This document shows positions 56,268 through 64,000 of a stretch of 64,000 nucleotides of DNA, piece by piece. The notes below the pieces were generated by a model. That model was not told the DNA's origin. It saw only the letters and a program-made list of their open reading frames with translations, and searched no databases. Source of the DNA: an uncultured Bacilli bacterium (GTDB lineage Bacteria > Bacillota_I > Bacilli_A > RF39 > UBA660); assembly GCA_947585065.1 (NCBI GenBank), contig CANPWX010000001.1, forward strand, positions 7,274-71,273, given 5' to 3'. Numbering within the stretch: position 1 is the first letter of the stretch; every line of letters starts with the position of its first letter. Both the position numbers and the translations under genes were made by a program.

Positions 56268-56537
56268 ATGAATTTTGATCCAAGACACTTTGGAAGCACA
56301 TTCCAAGAAAATAAGATTAATGGTTTTGATATTATGATAATGGATAGTGCGGAACGAGCTGATAAAATTATAAAAGAAATAAAAGAAAGAATTAATTATT
56401 ATTTAGATAATAAATTGCTTATAGATAAAAATTTTGAATTTCAATATAGTACTGATGGAATATTAATATCAGACCAATACAGAATTGAAAAAGAACTTAA
56501 AAGGTTTTGCGCATCTAAGGGTATAACTTTAGATTAA
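56268..56537 (+). CDS. Hypothetical protein (89 aa)
   Basis: RBS AAGGAGG then ATG at 56268. Confidence 0.45.
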   Translation: MNFDPRHFGSTFQENKINGFDIMIMDSAERADKIIKEIKERINYYLDNKLLIDKNFEFQYSTDGILISDQYRIEKELKRFCASKGITLD

Positions 56538-56548
56538 TAAAACCTAAA

Positions 56549-56577
56549 TTGATTTTTTAAAAATTTTTTGATATAAT
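56549..56577 (+). promoter_or_regulatory. Sigma-A-type promoter TTGATT-N17-TATAAT (extended TG)
   Basis: Matches the consensus. Located upstream of 56610. Confidence 0.6.
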
Positions 56578-56609
56578 TTTAATAGAAAAAAGAAAGAGAG
56601 GAAAATATT

Positions 56610-56993
56610 ATGGAAGAAAAGAAATTAACTAAGAAAGAATTTTATGAATTAATCAAGGAAGTTGTTACTAAAAGTGATGCTGAAGATAAAGATAATTTAA
56701 TCGATTTCTTAGACAGACAAGTTGAAATCCTTGAAAACAAAGCAGAAAAAGCAAAAGAAAGAGCTGCTGAAAAGAGAGCTGCTGGGGATGAATTAAGAGG
56801 AGTTATTAAAACATTATTAACTTCAGAATACCAAACAGCAGATGAAATTGTTGCAAAATTTGTTGATGAAGATGTAACAAAAGCAAAAGTTGTTGCAAGA
56901 TTAGGACAACTTGTTAAAAATGAAGAAGTTGAAAAAACTGACATTAAAACTGAAGATGGAAGAACTGTTAAAGCATATCGTCTTGCAGAATAA
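56610..56993 (+). CDS. Hypothetical Lys/Glu-rich protein (127 aa)
   Basis: Intact ORF, RBS AGAGAGG. Confidence 0.45.
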   Translation: MEEKKLTKKEFYELIKEVVTKSDAEDKDNLIDFLDRQVEILENKAEKAKERAAEKRAAGDELRGVIKTLLTSEYQTADEIVAKFVDEDVTKAKVVARLGQLVKNEEVEKTDIKTEDGRTVKAYRLAE

Positions 56994-57058
56994 TAATATA
57001 TAAAATCAAAGTGAATAGGTTATTCAACTTATTCACTTTTTCTTATTAAGGAGGCTTT

Positions 57059-57847
57059 ATGAAATATTGTTTAAATTATAATAGAACAACACAACAAATG
57101 AAATGTATTCAAGAAGCAGATGAATGAACTATTGAATATAATAGTAAAGATAATACTTTATTAGAATTTTTAGAGTTGCATCAAAATATAAGAATAAATT
57201 TATATATAAAAGAATTATTAGATTTAAAATTTTTAGAAGATTTATGTAATAAATATAAAAATTTATATTTAAAATTATCAAAAGAATATTATGAAAAATT
57301 AAAAGAAAATAAAGTGGATATAAGATTTTATTTTGATATATTAGCAACTGATTGAGATACATTTATTGGATGTATTAATTTTGGCGTTAGTGATATATAT
57401 ATTGCTGAAAATTTAGGATTCGAGTTAGATAAAGTTGCGGCAATCGCTCATTCTAAAGATATAAAATTAAGAGCATTTCCAGATGTAGCGCAATCTAAAT
57501 GAAAAGATTCTGACTCATTAAAAAAATTTTTTATTAGACCTGAAGACATAGATTTCTATAGTGATTATATTGATGTAATAGAATTTTATAATGACGATAA
57601 AAAATTAGAAATTTATTATAAAATATATGCAAAAGATAAAAAATGGTTTGGTAAATTAAATGAAATTATATTAGATTTTAATAGTGAATTAGATAATAAA
57701 TATATAATTCCGAGATTTCCAGAAAAGCGCGTTAGTTGCGGTAAAAGTTGCCTAAAAGGTGGGCATTGCCGCCGCTGTGATAGAATTGAACAATTGTCTA
57801 ATACTCTTGAAGAAAGAAAATTAGTTATTAAAATTGATAAAAATTAA
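57059..57847 (+). CDS. Hypothetical protein (262 codons incl. 4 TGA) not in the ORF track because TGA splits it
   Basis: Strong RBS AAGGAGG then ATG at 57059. Frame 2 is open through TGA at 57125, 57353 and others to TAA at 57845-57847. C-terminal Cys cluster CGKSCLKGGHCRRCD. Confidence 0.45.
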
Positions 57848-57862
57848 AAAATATTATATAAT
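57834..57862 (+). promoter_or_regulatory. Sigma-A-type promoter TTGATA-N17-TATAAT
   Basis: Consensus promoter overlapping the 3' end of the previous gene. RBS AAGGAGG and ATG at 57892 follow. Confidence 0.55.
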
Positions 57863-57891
57863 ATAAATATATATAAAGGAGGAATAAAGAT

Positions 57892-58203
57892 ATGGCTAGA
57901 GGTGCAAATAGCAAGACTATTGCTACTGATATTATTTTAAAAGCATTTCCAGGAAGTTTTACTTATGATAAGGAAATTAGAATTCCTTTTGTGGAAGATG
58001 GAGAAAATATTCAATTAAAATGTGTTTTAACTTGTGCAAAAACAAATGTTGAAGAAAATGGAGAAAATGCTATTCCAGGTGAAGTATCTAATAAAATTAA
58101 TTTTGAAGAACATGAAAAATCAGAAGAGCAAGTTAAACATACTGAGATTAGTGAAGAAGAGAAAGAGAATTTAAGAAATTTAATGAATGTATTAGGATTA
58201 TAA
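57892..58203 (+). CDS. Hypothetical acidic protein (103 aa)
   Basis: Intact ORF. Confidence 0.45.
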   Translation: MARGANSKTIATDIILKAFPGSFTYDKEIRIPFVEDGENIQLKCVLTCAKTNVEENGENAIPGEVSNKINFEEHEKSEEQVKHTEISEEEKENLRNLMNVLGL

Positions 58204-58204
58204 T

Positions 58205-58471
58205 ATGTGGCAAGAAAGAGTTAAAAATGTAATAATTGTTTCTTTTCTTCTAGTATGTTCAGGATGGTGTTTTTTTGAATTTATTAAAGATTATAAAGAA
58301 AGGAATAAACTTCAAGATAGTTTAAATTCATGTTTAATTAATAAACAAGAATTAGGAAATGAAATAGATACTTTGAACAATGATAAAAAAGAATTGCAAA
58401 ATCAAATAGAAATATTGAATAATGAAAAAGCAAATTTACAAAAGGAAATAGAAAATCTAAAAAAAAACTAG
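58205..58471 (+). CDS. TM + coiled-coil protein (88 aa) ending at TAG just after an A9 run; candidate upstream (frame 0 of a frameshift) part of a fusion
   Basis: N-terminal TM VIIVSFLLVCSGWCFF then a heptad-like coiled coil. The stop is TAG at 58469-58471. Confidence 0.5.
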   Translation: MWQERVKNVIIVSFLLVCSGWCFFEFIKDYKERNKLQDSLNSCLINKQELGNEIDTLNNDKKELQNQIEILNNEKANLQKEIENLKKN

Positions 58472-58848
58472 CTGAACAGGCGGCAGCTGCCGCATCTAAA
58501 AATTATAAATTAACAAGTTTTTGGTTTAATGACGGATATGGAACTGGCTCTTGTACTGGCAGTGGTTTATGCGAAAAAGATTTTCAAATAAATGACAAAG
58601 GTTGGTATACTTATCAAGGTAAATTAGTATTAGCTTCCGCAACTAGATATTTATTAAAATATGGATATTCTGAAATTGCAGGGAAAAAATATTATAATTA
58701 TTATGATACTTTAACTATTAATATCAAAGGTAAAGATTATAAAGGAATTATATTAGATTCTTGTGGTGCATGCATGAAAAATAATATTTTAGATTTATTT
58801 GTATCTAATGGCAAATCATCTATTACTACTGGTATAACGGTGAAATAA
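58423..58848 (+). CDS. 3D-domain (MltA/YuiC-like) cell-wall hydrolase-like ORF with no start codon; likely expressed by -1 frameshift from 58205-58471
   Basis: Frame 1 is open 58423-58848 with no ATG, GTG or TTG start near its 5' end. C-terminus ..KGIILDSCGACMKNNILDLFVSNG resembles the 3D-domain motif D.GG.IKGN.IDLF. Upstream sits the A9 run at 58459-58467 and the palindrome GCGGCAGCTGCCGC at 58480-58493. Confidence 0.4.
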
Positions 58849-58866
58849 GAAAATATATTTCACCGT

Positions 58867-58895
58867 TTGATTTTTTTTAAATTTTATAATATAAT
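58867..58895 (+). promoter_or_regulatory. Sigma-A-type promoter TTGATT-N17-TATAAT
   Basis: Consensus promoter. RBS AAAGGAGG and ATG at 58928 follow. Confidence 0.55.
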
Positions 58896-58927
58896 ATTAT
58901 TGTAAAAATTAAAGGAGGAATTTTATT

Positions 58928-59104
58928 ATGGAAATTGAAAAAGTATATGATGATGAAGAAATGGTAATTTTACCACCATATTGGTGGGTAGAATATGTTG
59001 ATGATGATGGACATAAACATTTAGCAGCAATTAAAGATATCGCTTATTTAGAATATATAAAAACTAGATTTACTGTTACAACTGTCAAGGCTATTGAAGA
59101 ATAG
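58928..59104 (+). CDS. Small hypothetical protein (58 aa)
   Basis: RBS AAAGGAGG then ATG. The ORF ends at TAG. Confidence 0.4.
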   Translation: MEIEKVYDDEEMVILPPYWWVEYVDDDGHKHLAAIKDIAYLEYIKTRFTVTTVKAIEE

Positions 59105-59106
59105 AC

Positions 59107-59135
59107 TTGATTTTTTATAAAAATTTTGATATAAT
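59107..59135 (+). promoter_or_regulatory. Sigma-A-type promoter TTGATT-N17-TATAAT (TGATATAAT)
   Basis: Consensus promoter upstream of the Hsp20 gene. Confidence 0.6.
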
Positions 59136-59183
59136 ATTTATGTAAAGATTAGAGATGTTTATTTTAAGGAGTGATTTTTTAGT

Positions 59184-59576
59184 ATGTTTGATTTATTTGA
59201 TACAATTTTAAACCCATTAAATTGGGACAAAGATTTTTATAAATTCAATAGAGAAGAAAAAGATATGCATCCATATTCTGTTCAAGCTGATAAAAATGGT
59301 AATTTTATTATCGTTCATAATATCCTAGGTATTAACAAAGAAGATATAAAATTAACAAAAGAAATAGAAGGCGGAAATACATATATTTTATTAACTGGTT
59401 CTACCAAAGATAGTTTTACAGGTAAAACATATTCAGTTAATTCAAGATTTGCTTTAGATGATAAACAATTAGATTTATCTTCAATTAAAGCACAAGATAA
59501 AAATGGATTATTATATATAATAATCGCAAGCAAAAAAGTAGAAGAAAAGAAAGTAAATAGTATAGCAATAAATTAA
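59184..59576 (+). CDS. Small heat-shock protein (Hsp20/alpha-crystallin family)
   Basis: Alpha-crystallin domain pattern: PYSVQADKNGNFIIVHNILGINKEDIKL..GNTYILLTG..YSVNSRFALDD..DLSSIKAQDKNGLLYIII. Confidence 0.6.
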   Translation: MFDLFDTILNPLNWDKDFYKFNREEKDMHPYSVQADKNGNFIIVHNILGINKEDIKLTKEIEGGNTYILLTGSTKDSFTGKTYSVNSRFALDDKQLDLSSIKAQDKNGLLYIIIASKKVEEKKVNSIAIN

Positions 59577-59646
59577 TAAAAACATATTGTTTTTTAGCTC
59601 TAATCTTTACTTATGGGCGTATAGCCAAGAGGCTATACCTCAATAT

Positions 59647-59721
59647 GCCCAGTTAGCCAAGTAGTTAAGGCATCGGTCTGCAACACCGTGATCCGCGGCG
59701 CACATCCGCGACTGGGCTCCA
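59647..59721 (+). tRNA. tRNA-Cys (anticodon GCA) with non-canonical T-loop
   Basis: Cloverleaf by eye. Acceptor GCCCAGT/ACTGGGC. Anticodon loop CTGCAAC. T-stem CGCGG/CCGCG, but the T-loop reads CGCACAT rather than TTCRANT. Ends TCCA. Confidence 0.5.
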
Positions 59722-59811
59722 AAATTTTTGCAATTTTTATAATCGTTGGGTCGATTTTAATAAAATTATTATTTATATTTTCATATTATAATAGAAAGGA
59801 AAGATTTTATT

Positions 59812-60558
59812 ATGATAGGAATTTATAAAATACAAAATAAAATAAATGGTAAAATTTATATTGGTCAAAGTATTCATATTGAAAGAAGATTTCAAGAGCA
59901 TTGTTTTCCTAGTTCTAATTCTTTAATTAGTAGAGCAATTCATAAATATGGAAAAGAAAATTTTGATTTTACAGTAATAGAAGAATGTAAAATCGAAGAA
60001 TTAGATAAAAAAGAACAATTTTGAATAAAAAAATATAACTCTTTAATACCTTATGGATATAACATTAATGAAGATACCTCAACAACACATACTAATTATT
60101 ATTATAAAGAAAAAGGAGAAATTTTATCTATTATAAATGATTTACAATATTCAAATTTATCAATGAGGCAAATAGCAGATAAACATAATATTAATATTAG
60201 CAATGTGTCTAGAATAAATAGAGGAAGTACACATAAGCAAGAAGGCTTAATATACCCTTTAAGAAAAATTAATGAATACAATTTAAAAAATTATTGTATA
60301 GATTGTGGTAAAGAAATTTCTAAAGGACATTTAAGATGTAATAGTTGTGAGGGTGTTAATAAAAGAATAAAGTTAGAAGATATGCTTATTACTAGAGAAG
60401 ATTTAAAAGATTTAATTAGACATATTCCATTTACAAATATAGCAAAACGATATGGAGTTACTGATAACGCAATTAGAAAATGGTGTGATAAATATAATTT
60501 ACCTAGAACTAAAAAAGAAATTAAATCATATTCAGATAAAGAATGAAAGAATATTTAA
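59812..60558 (+). CDS. GIY-YIG homing endonuclease (2 in-frame TGA)
   Basis: N-terminal GIYKIQNKINGKIYIGQS..RRFQEH. C-terminal helix-turn-helix DNA-binding tail. Track ORFs 59812-60024 and 60163-60546 are in frame and joined by TGA. Confidence 0.6.
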
Positions 60559-61040
60559 TTTCTTCATGCTGACATAGGAAAGCCTTCTCGTGGCGTCAGT
60601 GTTTAAACTAATTTCCTGTATGTTTTTATTTTTGAAAGAAACAAGCAGCAAAAGACTGTATCTAATATAATCTAATGTGAATCGTTTCTTGTATTTTAGG
60701 AAAGATAAGGTAAAAATAAAAGAAAACTTTAAAGATAGAAGGTCTATCATATTTAATTTAATTTATTAAAATTCCGTTAAGTGATATTAAATTCGCACTT
60801 TGAATATTTTATTTGCTCCCTCAATAGTAAATAATTTAGAAAGATGGTCGGAAAATTTTTAAAGAAAATTAAATAAGATGCGGAGATGACTGAACCGTAA
60901 AAGCAGACTTTTATTTCTTATTGGAACTATAATTGAAAATAAAAATGTTAGGTGCGGGAGCTCGCTTTGTAGCTACATAAGTCGAGGTCTAATCGATGAT
61001 TAAGCGGTTTCCGCAACTATTAATTATTGGAGGGATAGAT

Positions 61041-61415
61041 ATGAAAGTAATTAAATGGATAAATGAAAAAGAAGTTCACGATACTTTAAAACAAGTATAT
61101 GATAAGCAATGGGAAATATATAGTTATATTCCTGTATATGAAGAATTACCCGATAAAGATTTTGATATGGCTGTTGATGCTCTTATAAAAGAATTAGCAG
61201 AAAATAAATATATAATATGTGGAGATACTCATCAATATTGTGCAATACCTGTATTTGATGATAATAAATATTTAATATTATCTCAACGTAGATGGGCTGA
61301 AATAATGGCTGAAGCGGCAAATATAGCTAAAGAATTTAGTGGAAAATTTACTTATCTAGATTTTTATTTAGCAAGTTTTTGTCCTATTGATGAAAATATT
61401 CCAAATAAAAAATAA
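61041..61415 (+). CDS. Hypothetical protein (124 aa)
   Basis: RBS GGAGGG then ATG at 61041. Confidence 0.45.
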   Translation: MKVIKWINEKEVHDTLKQVYDKQWEIYSYIPVYEELPDKDFDMAVDALIKELAENKYIICGDTHQYCAIPVFDDNKYLILSQRRWAEIMAEAANIAKEFSGKFTYLDFYLASFCPIDENIPNKK

Positions 61416-61416
61416 T

Positions 61417-61445
61417 TTGATATTTTTAAAAATTTATTATATAAT
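61417..61445 (+). promoter_or_regulatory. Sigma-A-type promoter TTGATA-N17-TATAAT
   Basis: Consensus promoter. RBS and ATG at 61480 follow. Confidence 0.55.
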
Positions 61446-61479
61446 ATAAATGTAATAAAGAAAGGAAGAGTGAAGAAAT

Positions 61480-61710
61480 ATGGCTAAAAGAAGAGGAAAA
61501 TCTGGAAATGGCGAAGCACAATACAGTATTACTCAAGCCAATTTAGATAAAAAAGGAAAAACAAATAAAAAATTAAAAAGAAATCCTATGTCATCTAAAT
61601 ATCTTACTCCGAGAGGTAAAGAAATAAAAGAAGCGGCTGCCGCCTATGCAGCTGAGCATAAAAAAGGAACAGGAAGAAGATATAGAAAAACTACTGAAGT
61701 AGCCTCATAA
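61480..61710 (+). CDS. Small basic protein (76 aa)
   Basis: Intact Lys/Arg-rich ORF. Confidence 0.4.
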   Translation: MAKRRGKSGNGEAQYSITQANLDKKGKTNKKLKRNPMSSKYLTPRGKEIKEAAAAYAAEHKKGTGRRYRKTTEVAS

Positions 61711-61717
61711 TGAGGAG

Positions 61718-61918
61718 GTGAGTCTTATGGCTATGCATAAGGCAATTAAAAGTGGTAAAGAACATAGAAAAGAATATGTTGGAAAAAATTATTGCAAATC
61801 TGTTGATCCAAGCTGCCGTAATCATGGCTCTTGTTCTTGGTGTTTAGGCAATAGAATAAATAAAGAAAAAAGTAAGGACAGATTAGCAAAAAAAGAGATT
61901 AGAGATTTTTATAAATAG
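61718..61918 (+). CDS. Small Cys-rich protein (66 aa)
   Basis: RBS GGAGG then ATG. C..C..H..C..C pattern. Confidence 0.4.
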   Translation: MSLMAMHKAIKSGKEHRKEYVGKNYCKSVDPSCRNHGSCSWCLGNRINKEKSKDRLAKKEIRDFYK

Positions 61919-61948
61919 TATAGACACAATCAGCAAAGTAATAATATT

Positions 61949-62018
61949 GGATATTAGTTTATTGGTTAAACATTTACCTTGCAAGTAAAAGAAGATGGTT
62001 CGAATCCATCATTACCCT
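61949..62018 (+). ncRNA. Degenerate tRNA-like element (anticodon-loop CTTGCAA = UGC; acceptor with 2 mismatches; one-nt 8-9 linker)
   Basis: D arm GTTT/AAAC, anticodon stem TTTAC/GTAAA, T arm GATGG-TTCGAAT-CCATC. The acceptor GGATATT/ATTACCC is poor and there is no G3-U70. An 8-bp inverted repeat TAGACACA/TGTGTCTA flanks the element. Confidence 0.25.
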
Positions 62019-62041
62019 TTATATGTGTCTAGCTTATATAT

Positions 62042-62119
<78 letters not shown>

Positions 62120-62122
62120 TAT

Positions 62123-62198
62123 TGCCTCGTGGTGAAATGGTAACACAAACGGCTTTGAACCGTTCATTTTCCTGGTTCGAACCCAGGCGGGGCAGCCA
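62123..62198 (+). tRNA. tRNA-Gln (TTG)
   Basis: U1-A72 acceptor TGCCTCG/CGGGGCA. Anticodon stem-loop AACGG-CTTTGAA-CCGTT. T arm CCTGG-TTCGAAC-CCAGG. Ends GCCA. Confidence 0.75.
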
Positions 62199-62304
62199 AT
62201 GAAAAAATAATATTTAATATACACATGGGAAACGCAGTTGTGACTCGAGTTATAGAACGAAGGACTGCCAGCTTACTGTAGTTGAGAGGTTGGGTAAGCA
62301 TTTT

Positions 62305-62382
62305 GGGGGTATAGCTCTAACGGCTAGAGCGTCTCGCTTGCAACGAGAAGGTTGTGGGTTCGAATCTCCACTACCTCCACCA
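62305..62382 (+). tRNA. tRNA-Ala (TGC)
   Basis: G3-U70 identity pair. Anticodon loop CTTGCAA. T arm GTGGG-TTCGAAT-CTCCAC. Ends CCA. Confidence 0.8.
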
Positions 62383-62387
62383 TTTAT

Positions 62388-62468
62388 GTCATAATAGTTC
62401 AGTGGAAGAACATTACATACATTATTGTATTGTAAAGGTCGCAAGTTCGAATCTTGCTTATGGCTACC
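62388..62468 (+). ncRNA. Aberrant tRNA-like element: normal acceptor, D and T arms, but the anticodon arm is replaced by a 9-bp bulged hairpin with a 4-nt loop (13-nt region TACATTATTGTAT)
   Basis: Acceptor GTCATAA/TTATGGC, D arm GTTC-AGTGGAA-GAAC, T arm GCAAG-TTCGAAT-CTTGC. There is no 7-nt anticodon loop. Confidence 0.35.
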
Positions 62469-62599
62469 TATATCACAAACCTTCCTATTTAATGTGATTT
62501 GCGGGCTTCGATGCTCGCTGCGGAAATGCTAGATTTAACGCACGTTAATCTCGATTAATAAGCGTATGACCTTGATTTCCGCAGGGGGTTTTGAAATTT

Positions 62600-63018
62600 G
62601 GGCTTGTATTTGGTTTCGACTAGATTGCAAGAGTATTGGAATACAAGTAGTAGGCAGTTACTTAAAAGGCAACAAAAAATAAATAACAACATTTTTTCAA
62701 AAATTGTTAGTAAAGTTAAATCTTTATTCGCTGTTAATAGCGTAGTCTTCGCGTAAGGCTAAACAATCTTCTATGCGAAGTATCAGAGTAAACAGAGAAA
62801 AGTATAGTCGTATTAACTAGACAAAGTTTACTATTCTATTGACTGTCCCTAGCCGTGGAATATAGAATAATTTACTTATATGCGTAGGGCTGACTCTAAG
62901 ATTTGTATGTGGTAGGAGCAACAGATAGAACGATATGCACAAAACTTGTAAGGTAAGAATGAGATTTCCAGTATATCCCAATACTAGGACATGGGTTCGA
63001 GTCCCATCAGGTCCACCA
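62600..63018 (+). ncRNA. ssrA: tmRNA (SsrA)
   Basis: The 5' end GGGCTTGTATTTGGTTTCGAC matches the consensus GGGGCUGAUUCUGGAUUCGAC. The 3' end is a tRNA-like domain ATGGG-TTCGAGT-CCCAT-CAGGTCC-A-CCA with G3-U70. An internal open frame ..AAC AAC AUU UUU UCA AAA AUU GUU AGU AAA GUU AAA UCU UUA UUC GCU GUU AAU AGC GUA GUC UUC GCG UAA (tag ending ..AVNSVVFA) lies about 85-157 nt from the 5' end. Confidence 0.7.
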
Positions 63019-63019
63019 T

Positions 63020-63096
63020 GCGGGTTTAGCTCAGTTGGTTAGAGCGCAGTCCTGATAAGACTGAGGTCCTAGGTCCAAGTCCTAGAACCCGCACCA
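63020..63096 (+). tRNA. tRNA-Ile (GAT)
   Basis: Acceptor GCGGGTT/AACCCGC. Anticodon loop CTGATAA. T arm CTAGG-TCCAAGT-CCTAG. Ends CCA. Confidence 0.8.
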
Positions 63097-63099
63097 TAT

Positions 63100-63174
63100 A
63101 CGCTTGTCGTCCAATGGTTAGGGCTTTCGGCTTATATCCGAACTATCGGGGTTCAAATCCCTGCGAGCGTACCA
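63100..63174 (+). tRNA. tRNA-Ile2 (TAT anticodon, decoding AUA)
   Basis: Acceptor ACGCTTG/CGAGCGT. Anticodon stem TTCGG/CCGAA with loop CTTATAT (anticodon UAU). T arm CGGGG-TTCAAAT-CCCTG. Ends ACCA. Confidence 0.6.
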
Positions 63175-63303
63175 AATTGATAAATAATAGTTTAATTATT
63201 TTAAAATTTTCCATTTTATTTTTTCTATAAAAATAAAATGCTTCCTTCCTTTATCGAGCAGGTCATTTGGTGTAACTGTGCATAGCTCTTCACATATATT
63301 TTT

Positions 63304-63333
63304 ATTGATATTTTTTAAAAAATATTATATAAT
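63304..63333 (+). promoter_or_regulatory. Sigma-A-type promoter TTGATA-N18-TATAAT
   Basis: Consensus promoter. RBS AGAGAAG and ATG at 63365 follow. Confidence 0.5.
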
Positions 63334-63364
63334 ATATATGTAATAAAGAAAGAGAAGTGATAAT

Positions 63365-63739
63365 ATGAATAAATTTTATGAAAAGAAAGAATATGATTGG
63401 GAATATGAATATTCATTTGGTGAAGATTTTTTAAAATCTATTTTTAAAAATGATTACAAAAGAGTTTATTCATTAAATGGAGAAGGTATATTTAATATTA
63501 TCACAATAAATAATAAATATTATTCAATAGATTTAAAATCTGCTAAATCAATGTTAGTTAATGATGGCAAAAAAGCATTTAGAGATGCAACAAAAGATGT
63601 TATAATAACATCAATAGCAGATGGATTAAATAAATTAAATTTAGAATATACCATTAATAGCGGAAAATTTATTACATTTAAAATGTTTAATAGTATATTT
63701 AAAATAGAAGTTGTTAAAAAGGCGGCAATGCCTAATTAA
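63365..63739 (+). CDS. Hypothetical protein (124 aa)
   Basis: Intact ORF. Confidence 0.45.
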   Translation: MNKFYEKKEYDWEYEYSFGEDFLKSIFKNDYKRVYSLNGEGIFNIITINNKYYSIDLKSAKSMLVNDGKKAFRDATKDVIITSIADGLNKLNLEYTINSGKFITFKMFNSIFKIEVVKKAAMPN

Positions 63740-63820
63740 TTGATTTTTAATAAAAATTATATTATAATAAGTATATAAAGAATAAAAAGTTTAATATATA
63801 GATGAGGATAAGGGATTCTT

Positions 63821-64000
63821 ATGGAAGAAAAATGAAAAAAATATTATAAAAATTATTCAGTAAGTAATTATGGGAGAGTTCGTAATGATAATACTAATAA
63901 AATAAGAAAATTAACAAAAAATACTTATGGTTATTTAAGAACTAATATTACTAACAATGCTGAAAATACCCATAAAGAAATTAAAGTTCATAGAGCTGTA
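63821..64000 (+). CDS. HNH-family homing endonuclease (NUMOD4-like N-terminus), 3' partial, 1 TGA
   Basis: MEEKWKKYYKNYSVSNYGRVRN..GYLRTNI..HRAV matches the YxVSNxGRVRS / HNH_3 N-terminal pattern. Runs off the window end. Confidence 0.5.

Noticed and set aside
58205-58471. Calling the TM/coiled-coil ORF a holin or spanin outright
   Set aside because: The downstream start-less 3D-domain ORF and the A9 + hairpin context make a frameshift fusion more parsimonious. Holin and spanin assignment is left open.
62615-62643. Alternative tmRNA tag GCA AGA GUA UUG GAA UAC AAG UAG UAG (ARVLEYK**)
   Set aside because: It starts only about 15 nt after the 5' tRNA-like half, where helix P2 should be. The downstream frame ending ..VVFA-UAA is at the canonical distance from the 5' end.

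Overview
AT-rich (~28% GC) window that reads as a contiguous piece of a large tailed-phage genome with two convergent arms. The + strand from 1 to 16.8 kb carries late/structural genes: tail-fibre repeat protein, two paralogous pectate-lyase-like tailspikes, a roughly 1050-codon structural ORF, baseplate-like proteins, a BclA-C-terminal-like (C1q-like) protein and an ImmA/IrrE peptidase. The - strand from 16.9 to 55.4 kb carries a long replication/nucleotide-metabolism arm: RuvC-like resolvase, SPFH/flotillin, dUTPase, peptide deformylase, NrdG/NrdD, DnaE-type Pol III alpha, N6A methyltransferase, Dda-like helicase, DHH/RecJ-like nuclease, DnaG-like primase, DnaB-like helicase, Sak4-like ATPase, ClpP-like protein, NAD-ligase, GyrA/GyrB-like topoisomerase II, RNase HI, and an RNA-repair set of polynucleotide kinase + MPP phosphatase + RNA ligase. 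The + strand right end (55.5-64 kb) holds small genes, an Hsp20, GIY-YIG and HNH homing endonucleases, and a tRNA/tmRNA cluster. The main signal is in-frame TGA used as a sense codon. It is shown to encode Trp by two conserved Trp positions in NrdG. It is dense in late genes but absent from the longest early replication genes, which use TGG. No TGA-reading tRNA is evident in the window. Other items are a phage-borne tmRNA, a tRNA-Ile(UAU), aberrant tRNA-like elements, a very rigid TTGAT(T/A)-N17-TATAAT promoter family, an over-represented GC-rich 9-mer GCGG(C/A)AACC, and a candidate programmed -1 frameshift (A9 run plus GC palindrome) that would fuse a TM/coiled-coil ORF to a start-less 3D-domain cell-wall hydrolase ORF.
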